Source: Eledone cirrhosa (lineage: Eukaryota). From it: DNA of 64,000 nt. The DNA lies in contig OZ024766.1 in assembly GCA_964016885.1 (NCBI GenBank), forward strand, positions 15,190,001 through 15,254,000, read 5' to 3'. This document shows, piece by piece, positions 12,758 to 24,864 of this stretch; position 1 is the stretch's first letter, and every line of letters begins with the position of its first letter. The translations under genes were made by a program, and so were the position numbers. The notes below the pieces were generated by a model. That model had not been told where the DNA came from, did no database searches, and saw only the letters and a program-made list of their open reading frames with translations.

Positions 12758-15700
12758 CTACAGGCTGATATAGAGAGAAGACCCATTCACTCTGGCCATT
12801 CTCCCTACTTTCACCCACCTTTCATAAAACTTGCTGGGGTAGAGCACCTCTCTCTCCATTCTGATCCTTCTTTTAAAATGGTATTTGAAAAAGGGGACCA
12901 GTTGTTGGCCGGAGAGATAGGTGTCTGACCTCAGCCCTTTCAGCCTCGTCCACCATACAACTTCTTTAGCCATGGCTATCACACAGAGAAAAACCGCCTC
13001 TCCTTCGTTTTTGAAAGGGGGAGGCGGTTTGATTGTGACAATGGACTCGGTGGTCAACCGGATTGGTCCCACCTTCGACAGTAGTCGTTCCACATAGCCC
13101 CACAGGTCAGCAATGCCTGGGCAGTGTACGAATGCGTGCGCAACCATTTCGTCATCATGCACGCATCTCGGACAGATCTTATTCAAAGGATCCCTACCCA
13201 AGCTCCCATGCCTGGAGCTTGTCTCGAACGGGTAGAGCCCCTCGGTAGCACTGCCAAGCCAGGGACTTTTGGATGTTGTCCATCGGTCCAGGGCCAAACG
13301 TCCTACCGAACAGACTGGCCAGTTCATCTTCCTCCATGCCTAGAGCTTCTCCGAGAGCATCGTCGCACCTGCTGCGTACCAACCCTCTATAGAATGTCGA
13401 GGTGGAGTCTCCACTGATTGCCGGGTCCGCTTTCCAGAGGGCCGTGAGCGCCTGGGCACATTCAATGTGCCAGTCGCCCACTTTTCTCGATCTTTGCTTG
13501 ACCCATGATTGCAGCTCGGTGAGTGAGACGAGTCTGGGAAAGGCTCGCCTCACAAACGGGGCCCACACCGGTTGACCGGTGAGGAATACCTGGAGGTGCC
13601 GTAGCCTTAATGCGTGTTTACGCATCTGTAGCCATGGCATCCCCAGCCCTCCTTTCGAAGGGTGTTGACAGCAGATGGATCTCCTCCCCAAAGGGGTCCG
13701 CTTGTTCCAAAGAAATTGGAACAGCGCGCACTCCATTTTGGCGAGTCTTTTCACTGGGCAAGGCACGACGGTCAAGCGGTAGTAGATGACGGATGCTATA
13801 TAAGTATTCGCCACCTCCGCTCGACCTTTCAGGGATAGTTTGCACTGGGCCCACACCCTGGCCGTTACCTTGTTCCAGTTTTTCTCCACCTGGAGGTCTG
13901 GTCCGAACGAGACCCCAAGCAGCTTCACCGGGCCCTCTGTCCAGCGTCCGACGACCTCGTTGGAGGGCAACCGCTCCAACTTCCGCAGTAGTGGCTCAAG
14001 AGCCAGCACATACAGAAGGGAGGAGAGAGGGCATCCCTGTCCGATGGATCGCATGATTTGGAACGGCTCCGAGAGGTGGCCGTTCACCTTGACCCTTGAG
14101 CAGACGTTGCTGCTGTGCATCGCAGCAATCCAACCCCTGAAAACGGGTCCGAAGTCTGCCGCCGTGAGCACCGCATCCAGGTAACGATGGTCAACCCTAT
14201 CGAAAGCTTTAGATTGATCCAAGTTGATCAGGGCCCCACCAAAGCCGGGTTCATTCCCTACCCTCTCTATGATGTATCGCATAAGGTGGAGATTGTCGTG
14301 AATGGACCTGGACGGGATTGCGCATGTCTGCGCTTCTCCCACCAGGTTTCCGACGACAAGCACCAACCTCTTCACTAACACCTTGGCCAAAATCTTTAAC
14401 TCTGTATTTAGCAGAGTTATGGGCCTGAAGTTACTTATGTCATCCCCCTTGTTCTCACCCTCCTCACCAGCGTAACTACGCCCTTGGTCACAGAACTGGG
14501 AATTCTCCCGTTCTGCTGCCAGTTGCAGTAGACCGCTTCGAGGATATCAGAGAACAAGTCCGGCATCGCTACATATAGCTCGTAAGGTAGACCATCGACA
14601 CCCGGGGATTTGCGTTTGCCGCTTTGGCTCAGCGCCGCCCCTATCTCAGCAGCTGAAATCGGCCTTTCGCAGGACTTCGCCTCCGCGTCCGAGAGGCGCG
14701 GCAGACCATCGAGGTATGGATTGAAATCCATAGTCTCACCCGGCGCGCCGCCCCTCTCGAACAGTCATGCAAAGTGCCACTGAAAGGCCGCACACATCTG
14801 CCCAGGTTCAAGGATCACACGCCCATCCTGGTCCTTCAAAGACCGAATCGTGGACTTGTTACCACTTTTTGCCTCTGTCACTCGGGCCCAGCTAACAGCT
14901 TTGGCTCCCTCATTACCCAGAGCACGTATTTTACTCCTGACAACGCAGCCTTCATGCTTCACCTCAAAGAACTGGTCTAAGGCCATTCTTGATGCCAGCA
15001 CGCTGGCTACATTGCCACTCCTAATCGCCTCATCTACTCTATCTACTAATTCCCTTTCCGTCTTGTTCCTATCCCTTGCTAATTCCTGACTAAAACCTAT
15101 CGATTCTATTCTAATTGCTCTCTTAAGAGAGATCCACCAACTGTTGTTGACAATTGCCCCTGTCAAACTCTGCTTAACTAACGTGCTAATCCATTTACTG
15201 TAAGCTTTGCTTGTCGGTAAGGACAAGTTCAGCTTCCAGTAACCGGGTCCCTGTCTATGGGTTCTATCAAGGTTGGCTATGCAGGTCACTAACTTGTGAT
15301 CCGAATAGTCAACCATGAACATTTTTGGACAGCTAAATGTGTCCCTATCCTTCTCTCTAACTAGGACCCTATCTAGGTACGACCTAGAGCCGCTGCGATT
15401 GGTCCACGTCCATAGTGGTACAGTCGGAAAATCTAGTCGATATCTATCGGCCAGGTCAAATCGGCCAATTAACCGTTTGAGGCTTTTACACCCCTCTGTA
15501 TTGGCACATGCCCCTACATAGTCCCAACGTGCATCCAGGATACCATTCCAGTCCCCCACTAAAAGCAAGGAGCTGGACGTTCCCAGAAAAGTTTCCAGAT
15601 GTTGGAAGTATTCCGGCCGTGCTGCCCAAAAAGGGGCGTACGCAGCAATTAGTCTAAGGGCTCCACTTTCACTACTGCCGACTTCTAAAACCACCAGTCG

Positions 15701-15973
15701 ACCCTCCGGGTCCAGGTGCACCTTCTGTATGGTGAGGCTCAGGTATTTTCGCAGCAGAACGACAACTCCACCCCCACCCCCCGGTTGACAGAGAGATGCG
15801 AAGATCTCAAAGTCGTCGAAGAGGGGCGCCAGTTGGCGCTCGCTGCTGATCCTGGACTCGCAAATAGCCATTACATCCATTCTATGCATCCTGAGATCGT
15901 TTAAAAGTTTGCCTTGTTTCCAAGACAGTCCCAGGCCGCGTACATTCAGACACCCAACTCTTATATCAGCCAT
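12758..15973 (-). pseudogene. Tx1 ORF2 (APE endonuclease + reverse transcriptase + zinc finger), with frameshifts, stops and an internal deletion
   Basis: Motifs LNVRGL, GDWN, SYLDRV, YSDH, GPGYWKLN, KSPGVDGLP, DQSKAFDRV, QGCPLS and GGLG are present. The YADD region is missing after EPLLRKLERL (~13965). Confidence 0.9.
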
Positions 15974-16471
15974 GTTGGTTAAAAGAGGAAGGACCTACCT
16001 GTTCGGCTCCTGAGGAGCAGGTTGCACAATATCCATGGGCGTATTGGAGGGATTGTTTGGTGGGGTGTTGTTTTGTGGTGAGGTGGGGTGGGGGTGTTTG
16101 GTGAGGTGTGGGTGGGGAAACGTTTCAAGAGGACGCGGTTATAGGGTCGAGTACATGTTTTCCCCACGTCCTCAGGAAAGTTCTCTCTTAGTTTTGCATA
16201 GGTGTCCATTGGGAGTCTTATCATTTTTAAATGCGGTTTGTTGGCCGCGCTTGCAAAGAATTGCCCTTCAGTTTCCACCAAAGGGTCTTTGTGTATTGTT
16301 TTTACTAGTTCTCTGTTATTTGTGTTAATGTATGTATACTGTTTTATTTGTGTTGTGTTTGTTTGTTGTTCTTGTGTGTGCTTGCGTTTTGTTGTATGTG
16401 TTATGTTTTGGGGCGGGGCGGATTTTGTTTGTTCTGTTTGTTTTGTTTTTGTTGGTGGTTGTGTGTTTCTT

Positions 16472-17742
16472 TCATTTATGTTCGAGTGGTGCTTTCTTTT
16501 TTTCCTTTTTACAGGTTGGAAGGGTCCCCCCCTCTTCGTCACTAGGTGCTATTTCAGCTGGGTCCTCGTCCGTGCTGTCGGGTAGTGGTGTATTTTGGGG
16601 TTTTGTTGTGTTTGTGTGTGTTTTTGGAGTTGTTTTGGGTGGGGCCGTGTCTTGTGTTATTTTTCCGTGTTGTTTTTTGTTGTTGTTGTGGTGGTGGTAG
16701 TGGTGGTGGTGGCGGTGGTAGTGTGTGGGGTGTAGGCAAAAGAGCCTTTTTTTTGTCAATTGAGGGCAGGCAGCCCTTAGATGACCCCTGCTTGAACAGT
16801 AGTAACATATGGGCCTCCTACCCTGGGCTGAAATGTATATAAATGTTTCTCCATCGAGGGACACCCTCTGTGGTATTCTAGCTATTCGTTCTGGTCTCAT
16901 TTGGACCAGAACCTCCACGCTCAAACCGCAGAAAACGTCTGTGGTGACTTCTCCTACTGAAAGGATTCCGTCCTCGTCTTCTAAAAATCCTGTTAGTACC
17001 CAGAAAATGCATTAATTTGGCCGGATTCCGGAGACTCTTATTTTCTGCGTTCTTTTCCCCAAATATGTGGGGAAAAATGTGTGTAGCTTGGAAACAATTG
17101 GCGACACAGAGTATTTCCTGGCCGTCAATTGATCCTTCATTAGCACCGTTATATTCCCATAGAGTGGCCCTTTTTGTATGAACGATATATCACTCCACAC
17201 ACTTTTTAGGACCAGCTCAATTTCTTTTGGGATAATTGAGCTGGTTTCCTTGTTATGTTGGAAATTGTTCTGAAAGATATCGTTCTTAGTGTCGTGTCTC
17301 TTTTGATTTCTTGTGGGGAGGTGATTGTGAAGTCTCCTCCTTCTTTGAAAGTTACATACTGTTTTGCTTCCTTCATCTTTTCTCTCAGAGTTGTAATGTC
17401 CAGTTGCTTGCAGGTCTGTGTTTTCCGGACCGCCTGTGCAAAGGAGGCACCAGTAGTGGGTTTGCTTTGTTTGGTGTTATCGTTATTTTTTCCTTGGTTG
17501 GTGTTGTGACTATTGCTGTTGTTGATCATGCTGTTATTGTCATTGTTGTTTTTGTCTGCGTTTATGTGACTTTCTGGGTTTTCACCCATTTTTACAAATT
17601 TTTCTTTTAATTCCGTGTTCCATGTTTCTTTATCAGAAGTGAGGAGGGAAGACTTAGAGCCGTGTGCTTCTAGCTTCTCTGTATCACCTTTCTTAGGGGG
17701 CGTGGCTTTCTTGTTAGGATGAGATGTGAAAATTCCGTCCAT
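16472..17742 (-). pseudogene. Tx1 ORF1 (gag-like, zinc knuckle CYYCSSRGHLRAAC), frameshifted
   Basis: ORF pieces 17206-17808, 17012-17200 and 16472-16924 lie in register upstream of ORF2. Confidence 0.8.
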
Positions 17743-18823
17743 TTCTATCAGTTTGCCGTAATAAATTTTTAAAAGGAAAATTTTTAAAAAGAAAATAAAT
17801 AAACTCAAAGTTTGACGACCAAGGCAAGGGGTTAACGTATATTACAGTATAAAAAAATTAATCAAAACTCACTTTTGAGTAAGTAAATCCAACTCGGTAG
17901 CCGAGCTTGTTCACACACGTCAACACACGTCTCTCGTATACGAGATGTTATGTGAGATATTATGTGAGGTAAAGCCTTTACTGTGAAAATACAATAGTAT
18001 ATATAGAGTAATGTAAATGTTATGTGAGATATTATGTGAGGTAAAGCCTTTACTGTGAAAATACAATAGTATATATAGAGTAATGTAAAAGCTATGTGAG
18101 ATATTATGTGAGGTAAAGCCTTTACTGTGAAAATACAATAGTATATATAGAGTAATGTAAATGTTACGTGAGATATTATGTGAGGTAAAGCCTTTACTGT
18201 GAAAATACAATAGTATATATAGAGTAATGTAAATGTTTTGTGAGATATTATGTGAGGTAAAGCCTTTACTGTGAAAATACAATAGTATATATAGAGTAAT
18301 GTAAAAGCTATGTGAGATATTATGTGAGGTAAAGCCTTTACTGTGAAAATACAATAGTATATATAGAGTAATGTAAATGTTACGTGAGATATTATGTGAG
18401 GTAAAGCCTTTACTGTGAAAATACAATAGTATATATAGAGTAATGTAAATGTTACGTGAGATATTATGTGAGGTAACGCCTTTACTGTGAAAATACAATA
18501 GTATATATAGAGTAATGTAAATGCTAAAGAGTTAAAACATAACTTAACAAATGTTCTTACATAAAGTTAGGATAGAAGGTTTTAAGATAGTTATAAACAT
18601 TTTATCATAAACTAAGATGCGTGGCTCTGTGTTTAGAGTATTCGCCTCACAATCGTAAGGTCATGAGTTTGTTTACCAGTGGAGTGTTGTGTCCTTGAGC
18701 AAGACACTTTATTTCATATTGTTCCAGTTCACTCAGCTGGCAAAAATGAGTTGTACCTGTAATTCAAAGGGTCAGCCTTGTCACACTCTGTGTCATGCTG
18801 AATCTCCCTGAGAGCTATGTTAA

Positions 18824-19044
18824 CCCTTTAGCATTTAAACTGGCCATATCCGGCCAGAATTCTCTCACTTCTTTCTGTTCAAACCAGCCATAACAGGCTG
18901 CTCATACTTATGTGAAGGTATTGTTCTCAAAATATATAATATCAAAATCTCATAGATTTGATATTATGTGAGATAATTATGTAAGATAAAGTCTTTACCA
19001 CAAAAATGTAATATTAGATATAGAGTAATGTAAATGCTAAAGGG
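18824..19044. mobile_element. Unit-length 221-bp piggyBac-type MITE inserted in a SINE
   Basis: TTAA duplicated at 18820-18823 and 19045-19048. The SINE sequence continues on both sides. Confidence 0.9.
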
Positions 19045-19281
19045 TTAAGGGTATGCATGTCTGTGGAATACTCAGCCACTTGCACGTTAATTTCATGAGC
19101 AGGCTGTTCCAGTAATAGTGTCAACTGGAACACTCATTGTTGTAACCGACAGTGCCAGTTCAAGTTCAAGGGGTAGAGTTGATTCAGACAGTTTGGTATC
19201 CAAACAGTTAAACAATTAGGAACATGTGTGTTTCATGCCATTTATAAATAAATGTCTTTAGTAAATGGTGACATTCTAGAA

Positions 19282-20460
19282 CAGAGGTTCTCAAACTTTT
19301 TCGGGCCATCGCCCCCCACACGGCCTTGTAATACCCTCTAAAACACCACACCTATTTCCAGAGAGACCTACCTACAAGCAAATTGTAAATAATATAAAAA
19401 AAAAGGAACGATTGACTTTCGTCAAATCGGACCGAGGAAACAATGTTTCCGTTGGTCTTTCCAATTGCTAATACTATCTATCGGTCGCAACTCCAGGTCG
19501 AAGGAGCAACGTGAAATAAAGTAAATAATATAATACATAAAATGGTTGATATATAATAAATAATTCTTTCTACTTTTGGCACAAGGCCAGCAATTACTCC
19601 AGTGTATTACTGGTACTGTATTTTATCGACCCAGTAAAGGTGAAAGGCAAAATTAACCTAGGAGGGATTTAAAGTCAGATAATAAAGGGCCGTAACTCTA
19701 TGCTGCAAAGCATGGTGTCCTACCTTCTATAATATATCGACAGTCGATCAACTTCCATCAAATTGGACCACGGAATCAATGCTTCCATTGGTCTTTCCAA
19801 TTGCTAATACTATCTATCAGTTGCAACTCCAGGTAGAAAGAACAACCTCACAACCTCACGATTGCAAATCCGATTCTCTAATCACTCAGCCTTCACTATC
19901 ATCATCATTATCATCATTTTACATCCGCTTTTCCCTGCTTGTAAGGGTGGGACAGGTCTTATTAAACACAGCATCTCTCCATTTGTCACGGTTCCTTGTC
20001 ATCTCCTCCATGAGCTTCAGTGATCTGAGGTCTGCTCTCACCACCTCTGCCCATGTTTTTCGTGATCTTCCTCTACTGTGTCTTCCTTCTACTGTGATTT
20101 CTTGGCAGTTCTTTACCCAGCTGTCATCCACCATGCGCATCACATGTCCATACCAACACAGTCTTCTCTCCCACACACTACAACTTATCCCTCTTATACA
20201 CAGTTTCTCTCTCAACTCGTCTATACTTTGTCGTTCACACACATTGACATCACACATGCAACAGCATATACTTGCTTCATTTCTATCCACTATATAATAT
20301 ATACTATGTATCAATAAATATCATATACTTTTTTTATTTTACTATATTTATATATAAAATTTATCATTTGATATTTGATATACTATTATATCCTCTCCAC
20401 CCCCATCCTTAAGCCCCAGCACCCCTCTTGGGGCAGTAGCACCCACTTTGAGAACCTCTG
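19282..20460. mobile_element. hAT (Charlie-type) MITE with a nested SINE (~19560-19730) and RTE 3' fragment (19900-20290, minus)
   Basis: TIR cagaggttctcaaa at both ends. Flanks ttctagaa / ttctagag form an 8-bp NTCTAGAN-type TSD with 7/8 match. Confidence 0.75.
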
Positions 20461-20539
20461 TTCTAGAGGGAAGTGAAATTGTAAAGTGTAACAGGCAAGA
20501 AGGCAAAATCTTTCCAAACAAACAAAAAAACCAACTTAC

Positions 20540-20797
20540 TATCAATATAGTTATAATATATCCTTAGTTGGGAAATATCGTATGTTTGTCTGAGTTCAAG
20601 AGTCCACAATGATGTTGGAGAGCTCATTGTATGAGAACAAGATCTGTGTTGTGGGTTTTGATCGAAGTTACCATCTACAGCCAGGTTAGCTGACATTGAG
20701 TACATTTCATTGCGACAAACATTGTTTTTCATTAGAATTACACTGCTTGTTTTGTCTGTCGTGGTTTGTGTAGCTACTTCACCAATAGCTATATTTC
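20540..20797 (-). CDS. Host gene exon: N-terminal half of an F-type lectin-like domain (NIAIGEVATQ...SANLAVDGNFDQN...SCSHT...WTLEL)
   Basis: ctttgtcAG acceptor, GTAAGT donor, 258 nt, phase 1-1, characteristic NIA..ATQ / AVDG / CSHT / W.LEL motifs. Confidence 0.92.
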
Positions 20798-21428
20798 CTG
20801 ACAAAGAATGAAAGAAAATTTAATGAAAGTCAATTACTATGAAATGAAATGGATCTCAGTCAGTTGAAATGATGATTGATCCAGTGGGAAAAGACAAATG
20901 GTTTTCTATATACTAAACTTTTGAAATATCTTTTACGTTATCTCTAAATTATTCCATATTTCCAGTAGAGGCATGTGGCCTAGTGTTAAGTGTGTTGGAC
21001 TTACAATCATAATGTCATGGGTTCGATTTCTGGAGTGGGTTGTGTGTTGTGTTCTTGAGCAAAACACTTCATTTCACGTTGCTCCAGTATACTCTGCTGA
21101 AAATGAGCACCAGCAATAGCTGTGGAGGGTGTAACCCTGCAATGGACTGATGTCCTGTCCAGGAGGAAGTCTTGTACTCACAGTCGCTTTATGCCATGAA
21201 ACCAGGATAAGCATTGGCCTAATGAGCCTTCAGGCTTGAGACAGTATAGTCCTATACGAACGAGACACGGTCACCCGACCAATCTTGCCTCAATTGGGAC
21301 AACTCCCGACTAACCCATGCTAGCATGGAAGATAGATGTAAACGATGATGATGATGATGATGATATAGCAACCTCGGCCTCAACAGTGACAGCAACAACA
21401 ACGGCATGATAATTAGAAATCTACTTAC

Positions 21429-21572
21429 TATAGGTTTTTACTTGGCAATCCGGTACAGTCCATCCTTCTTCACAGCCATATGGGCAAGCCCCAGTTTGTT
21501 GATGGCAGTCAGCATCGTTTAAACAATGGCATTGCTTGTTACAAGTATATCCATACCATTGAGATGCACAAC
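21429..21572 (-). CDS. Host gene exon: EGF-like repeat (GCASQWYGYTCNKQCHCLNDADCHQQTGACPYGCEEGWTVPDCQVKTY)
   Basis: Translated by hand; not in the ORF track. acatAG acceptor, GTAAGT donor, 144 nt, phase 1-1, open frame. Confidence 0.9.
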
Positions 21573-21639
21573 CTATGTTAAAAGTTAGAATTTATCACAC
21601 TGATGGACTACATTTCCACAGTTCTCTCTCATCTACAGT

Positions 21640-22545
21640 TAATTGTTTCTACTATTTGGCACAAGGTACCAGTAATACACAGGGGTAATTGCTGAATTAC
21701 CTCAGTGCATTACTGGAACTTTATTTTATTGACCCCCCCATAAGAATGAAAGGCAAACCTTGGCGGGTTTGAAATCAGAACGTAAAGGTCCATAACTCTA
21801 TGCTGCAAAGCATGGTGTCTGACACTCTACAGATTACTGCCAATCCAATAATAATAATTGTTTCTACTTTTGGCACAAGGCCAGCCAGCAATTACCCCCA
21901 GTGCATTACTGGTACTTTATTTTATCGACCTCCGTAAGAATGAAAGGCAAAGCTAACTTCAGCAGGATTTGAACTCAGAACGTGAAGGGCCATAATTCTA
22001 TGCTGCAAAACATGGTGTCTGATGCTCTACGGATTACTGCCAGTCCAATCCAGCAATTACCCCCAGTGCATTACTGGTACTTTATTTTATCGACCCCTGT
22101 AAGGATGAAAGGCAAAGTTAACCTCGGCGGGATTTGAACTCAGAACATAAAGGGCCGTAAACATGATGTCTGACACTCTACCGATTACTGCCAGTCTCAC
22201 ATAATTATCTCACCTAATATTATGGTCTGAGTTCAAATCCCGTCGAGGATAACTTTACCATTCATCCTTACGGGGGTCGATAAAATAAAGTACCAGTAAT
22301 ACACTGGGGTAATTGCTGGCCTTGTGCCCCCAAAAGTAGAAACATAATATTGAATATATTAGATTTTGATATTATCTATTTTGAGAACATTATCTTAACA
22401 TTAATAAGGGCGGTGGGTTGGCAGTATCAGTGGAGGGTCGGACGCCATGCTTTCCAGCATAGAGTTACGGCCCTTTACGATCTGAGTAATGCACTGGGTA
22501 ATTGCTGGCCTTGTGCCCAAAGTAGAAACAATTATCTTAACATTA
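21640..22545. mobile_element. Cluster of ~5-6 SINE copies in both orientations
   Basis: Repeated ggtactttattttatcgacc...gaaaggcaaag...tttgaactcag core. Confidence 0.85.
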
Positions 22546-22690
22546 ATATGAACGGCTGGTTACAGCCAGTTTGAACAGAAAGAGGTGAGAGAATTCTGGC
22601 CAGATACAGTCGCTTTAAATGCTAAAGGGTTAACAGTCACAGTTTGTAGAGATTAACAACTAAAGTTTGAATGAATAAAGATCAACAGAC

Positions 22691-22840
22691 CTGATAATGA
22701 TAATGTTTTGATACAGGTACCCTCTCCTTTTATAGAAATAGACCAAGCGTTTACATCCCCTGAACAGCTCAAAGGTCTGGTTGTACATATTGATTTACAA
22801 AAGGGTTCCTTAGATTTGTCAAAAAATACCAAAACTGTCT
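22691..22840 (-). CDS. Host gene exon (TVLVFFDKSKEPFCKSICTTRPLSCSGDVNAWSISIKGEGTCIKTLSLS), probable extracellular segment
   Basis: catttcAG acceptor, G|GTCTGT donor, 150 nt, open in phase 1-1, joins in frame to the 21572 exon. Confidence 0.7.
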
Positions 22841-22855
22841 CTGAAATGAGAAGTG

Positions 22856-22898
<43 letters not shown>

Positions 22899-23267
22899 TC
22901 ATCATCAACGTTTAACGTCCGTGTTCCACGCTTGCATGGGTTTGGACGGGGGTATTCCCACTTGAGGCAAGAGTGATTGTCTTGCTCGCATAGGACTGTC
23001 TGGCAGGTTTTCTACAGTTGGATGCCCTTCCTAACACCAACCACATTTACAGTGTGGGACTGGGAGGTTTTTACCGTAATATACATATATAATATATATA
23101 TAATATATATATATAATATACATATATAATATATATATATAATATATATATATATAATATACATATATAATATATATATAATATATATATATAATATATA
23201 TATATATAATATACATATATAATATATATATAATATATATATATAATAGATATATAATATATATATA

Positions 23268-24589
23268 TCTATACTATAAAGCTGATGGCCGTATGTAGGT
23301 ACAAACTTTCCGCCAAACGGCTAGACCAAACAGCACCAAATTTGCTCCATAGATGTAACTTTTTCCAAGTAAAAAAGTGAGGGTATTTTTGTCTACTGAA
23401 TGATTAAAGACATTATTTAAATATTCACTTCTTTAAAATTTCAAACATCAACACTTCCGGTTATACGTCATTCCTCACTTTTCTTATGACGTCACACAAC
23501 ATTCCCCTCTTTTTCTTAGTCTGTATGTCTGGCTGTCTGCATTAGATAACGTTTTTCGAAATATTTACTTCTGCGTTCACAGACTGATATTTTTAGTTTC
23601 AGAAGATCCCGTTAAGGGTGAAAGCAGCGATTCTTTGCTTAAACTTTAATCTGTTATTTTAATATATATATTCGTGTACAGATATTTTTGCATACACAAA
23701 AACAAAAACCTATTTATTTCATGAAAGCACAGACAGCTTATCGTCATTGTTACTGTTCGAGGTTAGAGGACCACAGTCTTTCCAAGATCTGAGAACCATC
23801 AATGGCCATCAATGTTCCACTTACTGTTAGGCTTGCCAGATGCGTGGTATGTTACATGATGACAGCCATTGACACCTCACCCTGCTAAATAGCTAAAGTC
23901 CCTTCTCAGCTGCGAAAACCTTTTGCTATTATGCTGCACAACTGTGATATCGCCGACCCTCTCGCACTGTGGAACAACCACTGCGAAAGTCTAGCTGAGG
24001 ACATCCTCCACCGCACACGCAGACACAATCCAAACCTAACATACAATGTCGTTTTCAATGAGGCGCTCATTTGTCTTGAAAACAGAGTCCTGGAGAATGG
24101 TGGTCGGCCTCTAGGCCACTACAGCTTACCTGCTCCTGACAGGAGTGTCCAGAGGTCAACGTCTACAGAGCTTCTCTGCGAGACGAGCTACGAAATCAGT
24201 GATTCTCCCATGGTCAATTGTATGTAGGATGCTCTAGGGTTAGCTTACCAAACAATCTTTGCTCCGGAGGGCTGAACAAAAAATATTTTATACTCTGAGG
24301 CTCTAACAATGTAATTTAAATATTTTCTGTTAATTAGAATTTCCATTATGGTTGTACAAATTATTGTTTGTTAAAAAATGTGTTCTCTGTTCAGCCTTTA
24401 TTGTTGTAACTATCAATTTTCTTTAACGTACTGGCTGCTGAAGTGGGGAATCTTAAAAACTATTGAAACCCAAAACCAGAGCACATTAACCCCCAACCCC
24501 TCGCTTACTTGAGAGGGTATGCGGTATCTTTCCTGAAAAGATAAAATGCCGGTATACTTAGCCAGGCACCAGCCGGAAAGGCCAGCTAG
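23268..24589 (+). mobile_element. Internally deleted Helitron in a (TA)-rich tract
   Basis: A|TCTATACTATAAAG 5' end, GC-rich imperfect hairpin and CTAG|T 3' end. RepHel fragment at 23931-24227 (DPLALWNNHCESLAEDIL...NEAL..LE). Confidence 0.85.
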
Positions 24590-24811
24590 TAATATATATA
24601 TATAATAAATATATAATATATATATAATTGTTTCTACTTTTGGCACAAGGCCAGCAATTACACAGTTCATTACTGGTACTTTATTTTATCGACCCGCTAA
24701 GGATGAAAGGCAAAGTTAACCTTGACGGGATTTGAACTCAGGCCGTAAAGGGACATAACTATGCTGGAAAGCATGGCGTCCGACCCTCTACCGATACTGC
24801 CAATTCACCGC

Positions 24812-24863
<52 letters not shown>

Positions 24864-24864
24864 T

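Larger units (their letters stand above)
12522..17944 (-). mobile_element. Near full-length Tx1/L1-clade non-LTR retrotransposon (inactivated)
   Basis: 5'UTR, ORF1 with a CCHC knuckle, ORF2 with APE endonuclease, RT and C-terminal CPRC..H..HC. AATAAA lies just before the 3' end. Confidence 0.92.
11940..18531. mobile_element. piggyBac-type MITE (opposite orientation to 5345-9834) with a 72-bp internal array interrupted by a Tx1 LINE
   Basis: TTAA-CCCTTTAGCATTT at 11936 and AATGCTAAAGAG-TTAA at 18535. 72-bp units at 12160-12521 and 17945-18522. SINE head fragment at 12098-12160. Confidence 0.88.
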
